Part shown: in pieces, positions 45,796-55,140 of the stretch | Layout of the letters: each line of letters opens with the position of its first letter | Numbering within the stretch: the stretch's first letter is position 1 | Source of the DNA: Acidobacteriaceae bacterium | GTDB taxonomy: Bacteria > Acidobacteriota > Terriglobia > Bryobacterales > Bryobacteraceae | Reading direction: 5' to 3' | Length of the DNA stretch: 56,772 nt | Assembly: GCA_025360145.1 (NCBI GenBank) | Contig: JANYCV010000437.1 | Span: 1 to 56,772 of the forward strand | Translations under genes and position numbers: made by a program | Notes under the pieces: generated by a model | Told to the model about the DNA's origin: nothing | Databases searched by the model: none | The model's input: only the letters and a program-made list of their open reading frames with translations

Positions 45796-46083
45796 ATGAA
45801 ACTATCTACGGAAGAGATTGAACAGCGGCTTTCGGCCTTGCCGGAATGGACGCTGGCCGGCGGAAAACTACATCGCGAATACAAGTTTCCCGGCTTCGCG
45901 CTGGCCATTGGCTTCTTTGCAGCCGCGGCCCCGGCTATCGAGAAAATGGATCACCATCCGGAATGGTCGAACGTCTACAATCGCGTGACGGTGGATTTGA
46001 TATCCCACGACGCGGATGGAATTACCGCGCGCGATTTCGAGCTGGCGCACGTCCTTGAAGAGATCGCACAGAGGCTTCTGTGA
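45796..46083 (+). CDS. phhB: 4a-hydroxytetrahydrobiopterin (pterin-4a-carbinolamine) dehydratase family protein
   Basis: 95 aa. L..W......L.REYKF and the DHHPEW signature. Confidence 0.85.
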   Translation: MKLSTEEIEQRLSALPEWTLAGGKLHREYKFPGFALAIGFFAAAAPAIEKMDHHPEWSNVYNRVTVDLISHDADGITARDFELAHVLEEIAQRLL

Positions 46084-48398
46084 AGCTAATGTTACTTGCC
46101 GGACTTCTTTGCGCCGGCCTTTTAACCGCACAAGGGCAATTCACCGCCGGCCCGGCGCTGGATGCGGCCATCGAACAGGCCGTGCAGGACGATCAGATTC
46201 CCGGAGCCGTATTGATGGTCGGGCACAACGGGCAGATTGTCTACCAGAAAGCCTACGGCTCCCGGTCGCTGGTGCCGCGCAAGGAAGCCATGACGATGGA
46301 CACCATCTTCGACGCCGCTTCGCTAACGAAAGTGCTAGCCACTACTTCGTGCGTGATGAAACTAATGGAGGAGGGGAAGCTCCGGTTGGTAGATAAAGTA
46401 ACGCAGTATCTGCCCGAATACCAAGGCGGCAAGAGCGACATCACCTTAAAACATTTACTAACGCACTTCTCCGGCTTGCGGCCCGATCTGGACCTGAAAC
46501 CCGAGTGGCATGGCTATGACACCGGAATCCAGAAAGCACTGATCGACAAGCCGGTATCGCCGCCCGGAGTGCAGTTCGTTTATAGCGACATCAATTTCAT
46601 ACTACTGGGCGAAATTGTCCGCCGGGTCAGCAATCAAACCTTGCCCGAATACGCGCAGGCAAAGGTCTTCGGACCGCTGGGAATGACGGAGACTATGTTC
46701 CGGCCGCCGGCATCGCTGGCAGGCCGTATCGCACCCACCGAGGCAGTGCCCGCGGGCTCAACGCCGTTGCGCGCCGTCGTCCATGACGAAACCACACGTG
46801 ACATGGGCGGCGTGGCCGGGCACGCTGGACTCTTTACCACGGCCGCCGACCTGGCAAAATTCGCCACCATGATGTTGGGGCTGGGCGAACGCGAAGGCGT
46901 CCGTATCTTCAGTCCGCTGACGGTGCGGCTGTTCACATCGCCGCAATCTCCGGCCGATCAACCGATACTGCGAGGCTACGGCTGGGATATCGCCTCCCCA
47001 TTTTCGGGAAATCGGGGGGAACTTTTCCCCGTCGGCTCTTACGGCCATACCGGTTTTACCGGCACGTCTCTTTGGATAGATCCGGCGACCAACAGCTTTG
47101 TAATCCTGCTGGCCAACAGCGTTCATCCCAACCGCCGGCCGCCGATTACTTCGTTACGCGGACGCGTCGCCAGTATGGCTGCCGCGGGATTGAATGTCGA
47201 CATCGCGCCCGGTGCGGTAGTGCTAAGCCAGCGCCCGCCCGCCGTGCAGCCCGCTGCGCGCAATGCCGATGTCCTGACCGGGCTCGATGTATTGGGCGAG
47301 GAGGGTTTTCAATCGCTCAAGGGCAAGCGCGTGGGATTGATCACCAATCATACCGGCCTCAGCCGCGACGGCCGGCGCAATATCGATCTGATGCTGGCCG
47401 CCGGTGTGAACCTGAAGGCGCTGTTTTCCCCAGAGCACGGCATCGCGGGCAAGGAAGATCACGAAAACGTAGCGAACGCGAAGGACGCGTCGTCCGGGCT
47501 TCCGGTCTATAGCCTGTACCTGGGGGCGAATCGCCGTCCGTCGGACGATACGCTGCGCGACCTGGATGTTCTGGTTTTCGATATTCAGGACGTTGGAGCG
47601 CGCTTCTACACCTACACCTGCACCATGGCGAACGCAATGGAAGAAGCCGCAAAACGGAAAATTCCGTTTATTGTGCTCGACCGCCCGAACCCGATCACCG
47701 GTACGCGCGTGGAAGGCCCCATGCTTGACCCGGAGCTGAAATCGTTTATCGGCTGTGCGGTAATGCCGGTAAGGCACGGGATGACAATGGGCGAATTAGC
47801 CCAAATGATAAACGACGATTTCCATCCCAAGGCCGACCTGCGGGTAGTTGCAATGAAAAACTGGCAGCGCGGCGACTGGTTCGATTCAACCGGTTTGCCG
47901 TGGGTAAACCCGTCGCCCAATATGAGGAGCCTGAACGCGGCCCTTCTTTACCCGGGAATTGGCATGCTCGAAGGAGGAAAGGTCTACTCGGTGGGACGCG
48001 GTACCGACGCACCCTTCGAACAGATCGGCGCCGACTGGATTCGCGGCCGGGAACTGGCTGCGTACCTGAATGGACGCCAGATTCCCGGCATCCGCGTCTA
48101 TCCCACGCGATTCCAACCAAGCAGTTCCAACTTTGCGCGGAAGACGATTGAGGGCGTGCGGTTCGTGATCACAGATCGGCAAGCCTTCAGCAGCACGGGG
48201 TTCGGCCTTGAGCTGGGAGTGGCGCTGGCGAAACTCTTTCCTGGAAAGATGACCTGGACTGCAAATGAGAAACTAACTGGGAACCTGGCCGTACTGAAGG
48301 CGATCGAAACTGGCCAGGATCCAGCGGCGATTGGACAGAAAGAACTTCCCGGCCTGCTGCGTTTTATTCAGCGTAGAAAGAACTACCTGATCTACTAG
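46080..48398 (+). CDS. Secreted fusion: class C beta-lactamase-fold serine hydrolase (AmiE/PBP4*-like) plus DUF1343/NamZ exo-N-acetylmuramidase-like domain
   Basis: GTGA overlap with the previous stop, or an ATG at 46089. Signal peptide present. SxxK (AASLTKV) and GHTGFTG motifs in the N-terminal half. The C-terminal half has the DUF1343 pattern (KRVGLITNHTGL...ALFSPEHG..G). Confidence 0.75.
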   Translation: MKLMLLAGLLCAGLLTAQGQFTAGPALDAAIEQAVQDDQIPGAVLMVGHNGQIVYQKAYGSRSLVPRKEAMTMDTIFDAASLTKVLATTSCVMKLMEEGKLRLVDKVTQYLPEYQGGKSDITLKHLLTHFSGLRPDLDLKPEWHGYDTGIQKALIDKPVSPPGVQFVYSDINFILLGEIVRRVSNQTLPEYAQAKVFGPLGMTETMFRPPASLAGRIAPTEAVPAGSTPLRAVVHDETTRDMGGVAGHAGLFTTAADLAKFATMMLGLGEREGVRIFSPLTVRLFTSPQSPADQPILRGYGWDIASPFSGNRGELFPVGSYGHTGFTGTSLWIDPATNSFVILLANSVHPNRRPPITSLRGRVASMAAAGLNVDIAPGAVVLSQRPPAVQPAARNADVLTGLDVLGEEGFQSLKGKRVGLITNHTGLSRDGRRNIDLMLAAGVNLKALFSPEHGIAGKEDHENVANAKDASSGLPVYSLYLGANRRPSDDTLRDLDVLVFDIQDVGARFYTYTCTMANAMEEAAKRKIPFIVLDRPNPITGTRVEGPMLDPELKSFIGCAVMPVRHGMTMGELAQMINDDFHPKADLRVVAMKNWQRGDWFDSTGLPWVNPSPNMRSLNAALLYPGIGMLEGGKVYSVGRGTDAPFEQIGADWIRGRELAAYLNGRQIPGIRVYPTRFQPSSSNFARKTIEGVRFVITDRQAFSSTGFGLELGVALAKLFPGKMTWTANEKLTGNLAVLKAIETGQDPAAIGQKELPGLLRFIQRRKNYLIY

Positions 48399-48500
48399 CG
48401 CAGTATCCAGGAAATGACTGGACAATCCTATCTGCGTTTAGTCGCGGTAGGGACGGAGATTACGGCATAGGGGCGGCGCTCACTCGCCGCCCCTGCCACG

Positions 48501-48938
48501 TCAGCGCTCCAGAACGCTTCGGCAAACAGCCTGCCCTCCTTCGTCGTGGACTCGATCGAGCCGGGCAGCACAGTTCACACCGACGGCTGGCAGGGCTACA
48601 AGGGACTGGAACAGAAGAACTACAAGTGTGAGTCCACCATCATCGGAAAGCAACGCAAGGATGCTGTCAAATTGATGCCGCACGTGCATCTGGTGATCTC
48701 CCTTCTTCAGCGCTGGCTGCTGGGCACGCACCAGGGAGCGGTCAGCCGGGCACACATGGCCTACTACCTGGATGAATTCACATTTCGGTTCAACCGCCGC
48801 ACGTCGAAAAGCCGAGGCAAGCTACTCTACCGTCTCGTCCACCAAGCGGTCACCACCGCCCCTGCCCTTTATGACCAACTCGTGCAAAGCCGGAAAAGCA
48901 TCTCCTCATCCAAAACACAAGCGCTTGGAGTTACATGA
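48501..48938 (+). mobile_element. 5'-truncated IS1595-family (ISXO2-like) transposase remnant
   Basis: ...PGSTVHTDGWQGYKGL...HVHLVISLLQRWLLGTHQGAVSRAHMAYYLDEFTFRFNRR is the C-terminal half of IS1595-type DDE transposases. The N-terminal zinc ribbon and first catalytic residues are absent. An in-frame TAG lies at 48468. Confidence 0.75.
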
Positions 48939-49100
48939 GTGAAGTGCATCACTAGATGCGCGGCGAATGCCAACCCTTGACGGCGGGCACCGTTCTCGAC
49001 AATGGACACAAAGGGGAAGGGGGATTTCACTCCAGCGCTTCGACCCTCGTGTCAGGCAACGCCGCAACAGTTTTTTTTCGATGTCATGTCACGTCCCGCT

Positions 49101-52100
49101 CTAGAAAAACAACTTCAGCGCCAGTTGCCCGATTCGCGGATCGCTCGAGCCGCGGATGCTTCCAAAGCCCGCCGAACTTACACTGTTGGTCGGGCTGTTA
49201 AAGTTCACACGGTTCAGTAAATTAAAGAACTCTGCCCGCAATTGAATTTGAAAATGCTCGCTGACGCTAATGGTGCGGAAGAAGCCGGAATCCAATGTGA
49301 TGGAATTAGGAGCGCGCAACAATCCTTTACCCACGTCGCCGAAACCGCCAATGGTAGGGAGGGCGAACGAGCCGGGGTTCAAGTACTCCACGCAAGGCGC
49401 CACATTCACGCAGCCGCCTGCCCCGTAGGGCGATCCGTTGAGCAGAGCGCGATCGAATGTCAATCCGGTCTGGGATTGATCTCTACCAGCCTTGATGGTC
49501 AGTGGTCCGCCGGTCTGCGCCTGAAACAGACTTGTTAACTCCCAGCCTCCCAGGATCGTCCGTGCCAAGCGGCTGGCATCGGTCATCAGCGGGAGTTTCC
49601 ATACGAAAGAGCCAACGAAGCGGTGCCTGCGGTCGAAGTCGGATGGGCCTCGGTCCAGCAGATCGGCGTTCTTGAAATACCACGGATAGGCGTAATTGGC
49701 GCTTGGGTATAACGGCCCCTGCGAGTTCCAGTCGACAGGCATAGCATCCAGACTCTTGGACCACGTGTAATTGGCCTGAATTGTAAAACCGCGGGCGAAT
49801 CGCTTATCCAGACTGAGCTGCAGTGAGTTGTACCGCGAATTGCCAGACTGATTGGCATACGAAATGGTTTGCAAGCCCTGGAAAAGCCGCCTCTGATCTG
49901 TCGAGAGCTTACTGCCGGGCGTATAGACCGCCGGATTGAGTTCCGTCACGACATGCAAGTGCGTAGTGTGAGAGCCGACGTAGGCCACCCGGGCCAACCA
50001 GTTGTTGGCAAGCTGGCGCTCAATAGACAGGTTCCAGTTTGAGATATAGGGGATGCGATATTGGCCGCCCGGGTCATAGGTGACGGCCAGCGCCGGGAGC
50101 GGGATTTGAGCATCCCGCAGGGGCGGGAATGGCGCCGGGAAGGGGCTCTGAATGCCGGCCAGCGGATTGCTTAGAGGCCCCGGGGGATCGGTCATCTGTA
50201 ATTGCGGGCTGAATGGTGAAGCGTCAACCATGCCTTTTCCGAAAATCGCGCTCTGCCGCGTGTCAAAGAACACGCCGCCACCGCCGCGAAGGCTGGTCTT
50301 CCCGTCTCCGAATACGTCGTAGGCAAATCCCACTCGCGGCGAGAAACCGTTGTATGCGGGCCGCACGCCGCCTTCCGGAACTCCCGGATCGCCCTGGAAG
50401 AATAGGCCCGGCGGCGCATTGGTGAACTGCGTCGATTTCTCGCCTCGATAATACGCATCCGGGCGGAACTGCTCGACGCGGGATCGAACCTCGTGCCAGG
50501 GAAAATCGGGCTCCCAGCGCAACCCAAGATTCAGCGTCAAACGGTGGCTGAGTCGAAAATCGTCTTGCAAGTACAGGCCGAAAAACTTATTCCGTACGTT
50601 CTCGAACTCACCGCCACCTTGGCGAAAGGTGCGCAGCTTACCCAGGAAAAAAGCGGACAGGGCGTAATTGGTGGCGTCGGAAGTGAAGCCGAAGCTGCCG
50701 TTGCGCTGAAACTGGTTGTCTAGATCGAAGCGGGCAAGCTCGCCGCTGAAGCCAAAGGCAAGGCTATGACGGCCCATTGTCAATCGCAGATCGTCGCCCA
50801 GAGTGAGATTGTTCCTGGTGAACCGGGCCTTCGGGTTGTCGCCGAAGCTGAAGAAGCCCGTTACCGCGAAGCCTTCGATCGCCTTATCCGGAGGCTGGTA
50901 GAGTTTCACGCCGAAGTCGCTTACACTCGGAACGCCGGCAGCCGGGCTGCGCAACGTATTCTCGCGGGAGAAATTCAGGCGAAAATCGTTGAGGAGCCTG
51001 GGAGTAAAGATGTGGGTCTCCTGGATCAGGGCATTTTGATAGAAGATGTTGCCCCCAGCGGCGTACGTCAGCGCGTTCGTAGCTTCCCAGACGGGTTGAT
51101 TGTCGAAGTCGTCGGCGAAGTAGCGGCCCGAAATCCGGTCCCTGGAACTGAAAGAGTGATCGATGCGAACGATCTCTTCGCCAAACTTCTGCTTGACCGG
51201 CTTAGAGTAAAAGACCAGCCCATTTGCTGCGGCGCCGGCGATCGGTAAAAACTTCGTGACGGCGAGCGAGGCCGGATCGAAGCGGCTGACCGGGATGCGG
51301 TTGCCGGGAAACGGCTGGTTGCCGTTGGCCGGGTCGATCATCGTGATGGCTTTCTGCAGCGGGTTCGCCGGATTGTTGGCCGTGGTGATGGCCGAAAAAT
51401 CCCCGCTCAGGTTTGCGGGCGTGGGGACGAAAGCGCTAAGCCCACCCTGAATATTTCGAATCTGGGTTCCCTGATAGCCGAAAAAGAAAAAGGTCTTGTC
51501 GCGCCCGCTGTAGCCGGGCACAACCACCGGACCGCCGATGGTGGCGCCGTATTGGTTTCGTTTGAGTTGGTCGCGCCTGGCTGCAAAGTAGTTGCGGGCG
51601 TTGAATTCGGCGTTACGGACAAACTCGAATGCATCCCCGTGAATCTGGTTGGTCCCGGACTTGGTAATTACGTTAACCACGCCACCGGCGTTCTGTCCGG
51701 ATTCGGCGCTGTAATTACTGGTCTGAACGCTAAACTCCTGCAGGGCGTCGGGGAACGGAAAGGGCGCGTTGACATTGGAATACGAGTCGAAATTATTTGC
51801 GCCATCGAGTTTAAAACTCGTCTGGTTCTGGCGCGAGCCATTGGTGGAAACCGTGACGACTCCAGGGAAACTCTTGGTTTGTCCCTGATCGGCACCCGTC
51901 CCCGGCGCTAACACTGCACCGGCCACGGTCAACGCAAGCGCGGCCGCATTGCGCCCGTTCAAGGGAAGCTCCACGATGCGCGCGCCATCCACCACCTGCT
52001 TGAGCGTTCCGGTGGATGTATCAACCTGGCTGGCGTTCGCCGTGACTGAGACGGTTTCGGTGACCGCGCCGAGTTGCAGTTTAAAATTTATCGTAGCGTC

Positions 52101-52403
52101 CTGATCGGCCACCAGCGTGATCCCCTCCGACTTCATCGCGCGAAAGCCAGCTGCTTCCAAAGTGACCTTGTAGAGCGTGGGCCGCAGTGAGGGAACGGCG
52201 TAATAGCCCTCGGAACCGGTCATCACCGACCGGGATTGTCCAGTCGCCACCTCAGTAACCGTAAGACTGGCTCCGGGCACCGGGGAACCGCTCGGATCGG
52301 TGACCGATCCAACGAGCTGAGCTAAGCCTTGCGCGTTCGCGTAGAACGCCCCGGCGAACAACATCAAACCGAGCCAGAGTATTGCACTGTGCCTTCCAAG
52401 CAT
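49101..52403 (-). CDS. TonB-dependent receptor-like outer-membrane protein with a CarboxypepD_reg domain (second copy)
   Basis: Signal peptide, then VGSVTDPSGSPVPGASLTV...SEGYYAVPSLRPTLYKV. 1100 aa, C-terminus ...LALKLFF. Confidence 0.85.
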   Translation of the reverse strand: MLGRHSAILWLGLMLFAGAFYANAQGLAQLVGSVTDPSGSPVPGASLTVTEVATGQSRSVMTGSEGYYAVPSLRPTLYKVTLEAAGFRAMKSEGITLVADQDATINFKLQLGAVTETVSVTANASQVDTSTGTLKQVVDGARIVELPLNGRNAAALALTVAGAVLAPGTGADQGQTKSFPGVVTVSTNGSRQNQTSFKLDGANNFDSYSNVNAPFPFPDALQEFSVQTSNYSAESGQNAGGVVNVITKSGTNQIHGDAFEFVRNAEFNARNYFAARRDQLKRNQYGATIGGPVVVPGYSGRDKTFFFFGYQGTQIRNIQGGLSAFVPTPANLSGDFSAITTANNPANPLQKAITMIDPANGNQPFPGNRIPVSRFDPASLAVTKFLPIAGAAANGLVFYSKPVKQKFGEEIVRIDHSFSSRDRISGRYFADDFDNQPVWEATNALTYAAGGNIFYQNALIQETHIFTPRLLNDFRLNFSRENTLRSPAAGVPSVSDFGVKLYQPPDKAIEGFAVTGFFSFGDNPKARFTRNNLTLGDDLRLTMGRHSLAFGFSGELARFDLDNQFQRNGSFGFTSDATNYALSAFFLGKLRTFRQGGGEFENVRNKFFGLYLQDDFRLSHRLTLNLGLRWEPDFPWHEVRSRVEQFRPDAYYRGEKSTQFTNAPPGLFFQGDPGVPEGGVRPAYNGFSPRVGFAYDVFGDGKTSLRGGGGVFFDTRQSAIFGKGMVDASPFSPQLQMTDPPGPLSNPLAGIQSPFPAPFPPLRDAQIPLPALAVTYDPGGQYRIPYISNWNLSIERQLANNWLARVAYVGSHTTHLHVVTELNPAVYTPGSKLSTDQRRLFQGLQTISYANQSGNSRYNSLQLSLDKRFARGFTIQANYTWSKSLDAMPVDWNSQGPLYPSANYAYPWYFKNADLLDRGPSDFDRRHRFVGSFVWKLPLMTDASRLARTILGGWELTSLFQAQTGGPLTIKAGRDQSQTGLTFDRALLNGSPYGAGGCVNVAPCVEYLNPGSFALPTIGGFGDVGKGLLRAPNSITLDSGFFRTISVSEHFQIQLRAEFFNLLNRVNFNSPTNSVSSAGFGSIRGSSDPRIGQLALKLFF

Positions 52404-52689
52404 CGTATTCTCCCCCCACGTGGACGCGCAAATCCTTAAATACAGCAGCCCTGTATCTCGTTAGGGTATATATGAATCCTCACCCGTTGTCAATCACACG
52501 TCCTTACGTAATCGCTTACGGGGGACCGCCAAACTGTGTGGTTGCCGGAGCGATTGCCTGAGTCAAGCACATATCCAGCTTGACGAATTGCGCCGTGGGA
52601 CGGGATCTAAACAGGCCGGCCTCGCAGCCGTCCGCTGCTACGAGGCTGAAATTACGTCCATCGGAATCGCCGGGAGAAACAGTTGTCTA

Positions 52690-53778
52690 TCACGCGATGT
52701 GTGCGCCGGTGGTCTGGACATGAACCGCGTAGAGCGACTGGCTGGCGGCCATGAATAGGCGGTTTCGCCGGGAGCCCCCGAAACAGATATTGGCGCAGTT
52801 TTCCGGCAGACGAATCATGCCGATGCGTTCGCCGCCAGGGGTGATCACTTGAACGCCAGGACGCGCACCCGCCCAGACGTTGCCATCGACATCGCAACGG
52901 ATACCGTCGGCGGCGGAAGGCGCTCCGGTGCCTGGGACGTCCAATTTGATGAATCGCTTGCCGTTCCGCGCGGTGATGCCGTCCACATCCCAGACTTTCG
53001 TATCCCGGCCGGCGTCGCCGGTGTCCGCGATGTACAACTTCTTATAGTCCGGCGAGAAGCAGATGCCATTTGGCGCGCTCACTTCGTCGGTGATCTTGGT
53101 GATGTGCCCGGTTTTTGGATCCACGCGGTAAACCGCTTCCTTCAATTCTTTCGCGGCCCGGTAGCCTTCGTAGTCTCCGCTGATTCCATAGGGCGGATCC
53201 GTAAACCAGATTCCGCCGTCGGGGTGCACCACGATGTCGTTGGGAGAGTTCAGACGTTTGCCTTCAAACTTATCCGCGATCACCGTGACGGTGCCGTTGT
53301 ATTCATATCGGACCACCCGGCGGCCGCCGTGTTCGCAGGAAAGCTGGCGTCCTTCAAAGTCGAAGGTGTTGCCGTTGCTGTAGCCCGACGGATTGCGGAA
53401 CGCCGTGGTGCGCCCGTCTTCCTCGATCCAGCGCAGTTGGACGTTATTCGGGATATCGCTCCATACCAGGTACCGGCCCACGCCGTTCCAGGCTGTACCT
53501 TCCGCCCATGAGGTTCCGGTGTGAAGGCGTTTGATGCTGGTATTCCCGACCATGTAACGACGAAAGCGATTGTCCAGGGCGATAATGTCCGGATCGGGAT
53601 ATTGGATCGGCTGCTGCCCAGACCAGTCGCGAGGCGTAGCATTCGGGGATACCGGCTGCGGTGGCGGAGGATTCTGCGCGGCCATTCGCACGGCAGTTCC
53701 ACTGCAAAGAGCGGCGGCCAGGAAGGATCGGCGATTCCAAGGGGGGCTGGAAATTTCGTTTCGAACAGAGTCTGCCAT
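52690..53778 (-). CDS. SMP-30/gluconolactonase/LRE-family protein, Tat-exported
   Basis: The internal ATG gives MADSV...[13 protein letters not shown], which is Tat-like. [27 protein letters not shown] and the C-terminal NICFGG are typical of the family. Confidence 0.8.
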   Translation of the reverse strand: MADSVRNEISSPPWNRRSFLAAALCSGTAVRMAAQNPPPPQPVSPNATPRDWSGQQPIQYPDPDIIALDNRFRRYMVGNTSIKRLHTGTSWAEGTAWNGVGRYLVWSDIPNNVQLRWIEEDGRTTAFRNPSGYSNGNTFDFEGRQLSCEHGGRRVVRYEYNGTVTVIADKFEGKRLNSPNDIVVHPDGGIWFTDPPYGISGDYEGYRAAKELKEAVYRVDPKTGHITKITDEVSAPNGICFSPDYKKLYIADTGDAGRDTKVWDVDGITARNGKRFIKLDVPGTGAPSAADGIRCDVDGNVWAGARPGVQVITPGGERIGMIRLPENCANICFGGSRRNRLFMAASQSLYAVHVQTTGAHIA

Positions 53779-53883
53779 ATGTGTATGTGTTATACCGCAA
53801 ACCCGGACGGGCGTCATCTCTGGGCAATGTTGCTTGGCGATACTTTGCTTCACTCCCTAACAAGTGACACACTATCTACCAGC

Positions 53884-54888
53884 ATGACTGCCTGTGTGCT
53901 GCACCATCCGGCCGCTATCGAAACCAACCCGCTCCAGATTCACGACGATCTTCCCATTCCCGAACCCGGTCCCGGCGGCGTTCTCATTCGCGTTGCGGCC
54001 TGCGGTGTCTGCCGCACCGACTTGCACGTCGTCGAAGGAGAGCTTCCCACAAAGAAAATGCCCGTGATCCCCGGCCACCAGATCGTCGGCATCGTGGAGA
54101 AAACGGGCTCTGCTGTCTTCGGAGTCGATCCGGGCGATCGCGTAGGCGTGGCATGGCTTAACCACACGTGCGGCGTTTGCAAATACTGCAAAACCGGCAA
54201 GGAGAATCTCTGTGAAGCGGCTGATTTCACCGGCTACACAGTCGATGGCGGGTATGCCACATACGCCGCCGCCCCGGCCGCGTTCGTCTACCACCTCCCT
54301 GCTGGATTTACGGACCTGCAGGCGGCTCCGCTGCTGTGCGCCGGCATCATCGGATACCGGGCGCTGAAACTGGCGAGTTTGCAATCCGGCGGCAGCCTGG
54401 GCATTTACGGCTTCGGATCGGCAGCCCACGTTGCTCTGCAAGTGGCGCGCTTCTGGGGAATCGAGGTTTACGCCTGCACTCGCGACGAAAAACATCGAAA
54501 GCTGGCACTCGAACTGGGCGCCGTATGGGCTGGCGGCACCACTGAACAGCCGCCGAAGCGCCTGGATGCCGCCATCATCTTCGCTCCCGCCGGTGAGATT
54601 GTACCCGCCGCGCTTCGTGCGCTCGATAAAGGCGGAACGCTGGTGCTTGGCGGCATCCACATGAGTCACATTCCACCGCTCGATTACGACTGGCTTTATC
54701 ACGAACGTGTCGTCCGCTCGGTTGCAAATAACACACGGGAAGACGGCCGCGAATTTCTGGATCTGGCCGTGCGTATCCCGGTGGAAACTCACACCGAGGC
54801 TTTTCCGCTTCGCGATGCGAACCGCGCGCTGAATGCACTGAAGAACGACGCCATCCGCGGCGCTGGCGTGCTGATGTGCGACTCCTAA
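53884..54888 (+). CDS. Zinc-dependent alcohol dehydrogenase family oxidoreductase
   Basis: The ATG at 53884 (MTACVLH...) was chosen. [15 protein letters not shown] and the structural-zinc cluster [15 protein letters not shown]. The longer ORF-track N-terminus overlaps the divergent lactonase gene and looks non-coding. Confidence 0.85.
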   Translation: MTACVLHHPAAIETNPLQIHDDLPIPEPGPGGVLIRVAACGVCRTDLHVVEGELPTKKMPVIPGHQIVGIVEKTGSAVFGVDPGDRVGVAWLNHTCGVCKYCKTGKENLCEAADFTGYTVDGGYATYAAAPAAFVYHLPAGFTDLQAAPLLCAGIIGYRALKLASLQSGGSLGIYGFGSAAHVALQVARFWGIEVYACTRDEKHRKLALELGAVWAGGTTEQPPKRLDAAIIFAPAGEIVPAALRALDKGGTLVLGGIHMSHIPPLDYDWLYHERVVRSVANNTREDGREFLDLAVRIPVETHTEAFPLRDANRALNALKNDAIRGAGVLMCDS

Positions 54889-54906
54889 TGCGAACTATGC
54901 TCAACC

Positions 54907-55110
54907 ATGAACGGTGATTCGCCAGCGCGGGGGCGGACGCTGACCCGGTTGAGTCACGTGCCGATTGCCATCCATGCGTCCTCGGAATCCCCCGCCGAAA
55001 TGCAGAGGGCTTACGCTCTGGGCATCATCGGGTATCTGCAAAGGCCAATAATGCTGGAAGAGTTTCTGGAGCATGCGGGGCAGAGTGTCAAGGATCTACT
55101 TGTCGACTAA
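54907..55110 (+). pseudogene. Remnant of a response-regulator receiver domain (C-terminal half only)
   Basis: VPIAIHASSESPAEMQRAYALGIIGYLQRPIMLEEFLEH resembles receiver strands beta4-alpha5. The phospho-acceptor Asp region is missing. The first codons overlap a GGGGCGGACGC REP-like motif. Confidence 0.45.
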
Positions 55111-55140
55111 AGCCCTTCGTACGATAAGATTTAAATTCGT

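Noticed and set aside
53872-54792. 306-aa minus-strand ORF, and the long N-terminal extension (53521..53883) of the ADH ORF
   Set aside because: The first is antisense to the Zn-ADH. The second overlaps the divergent gluconolactonase gene and lacks ADH homology. The ATG at 53884 gives a canonical ADH N-terminus.
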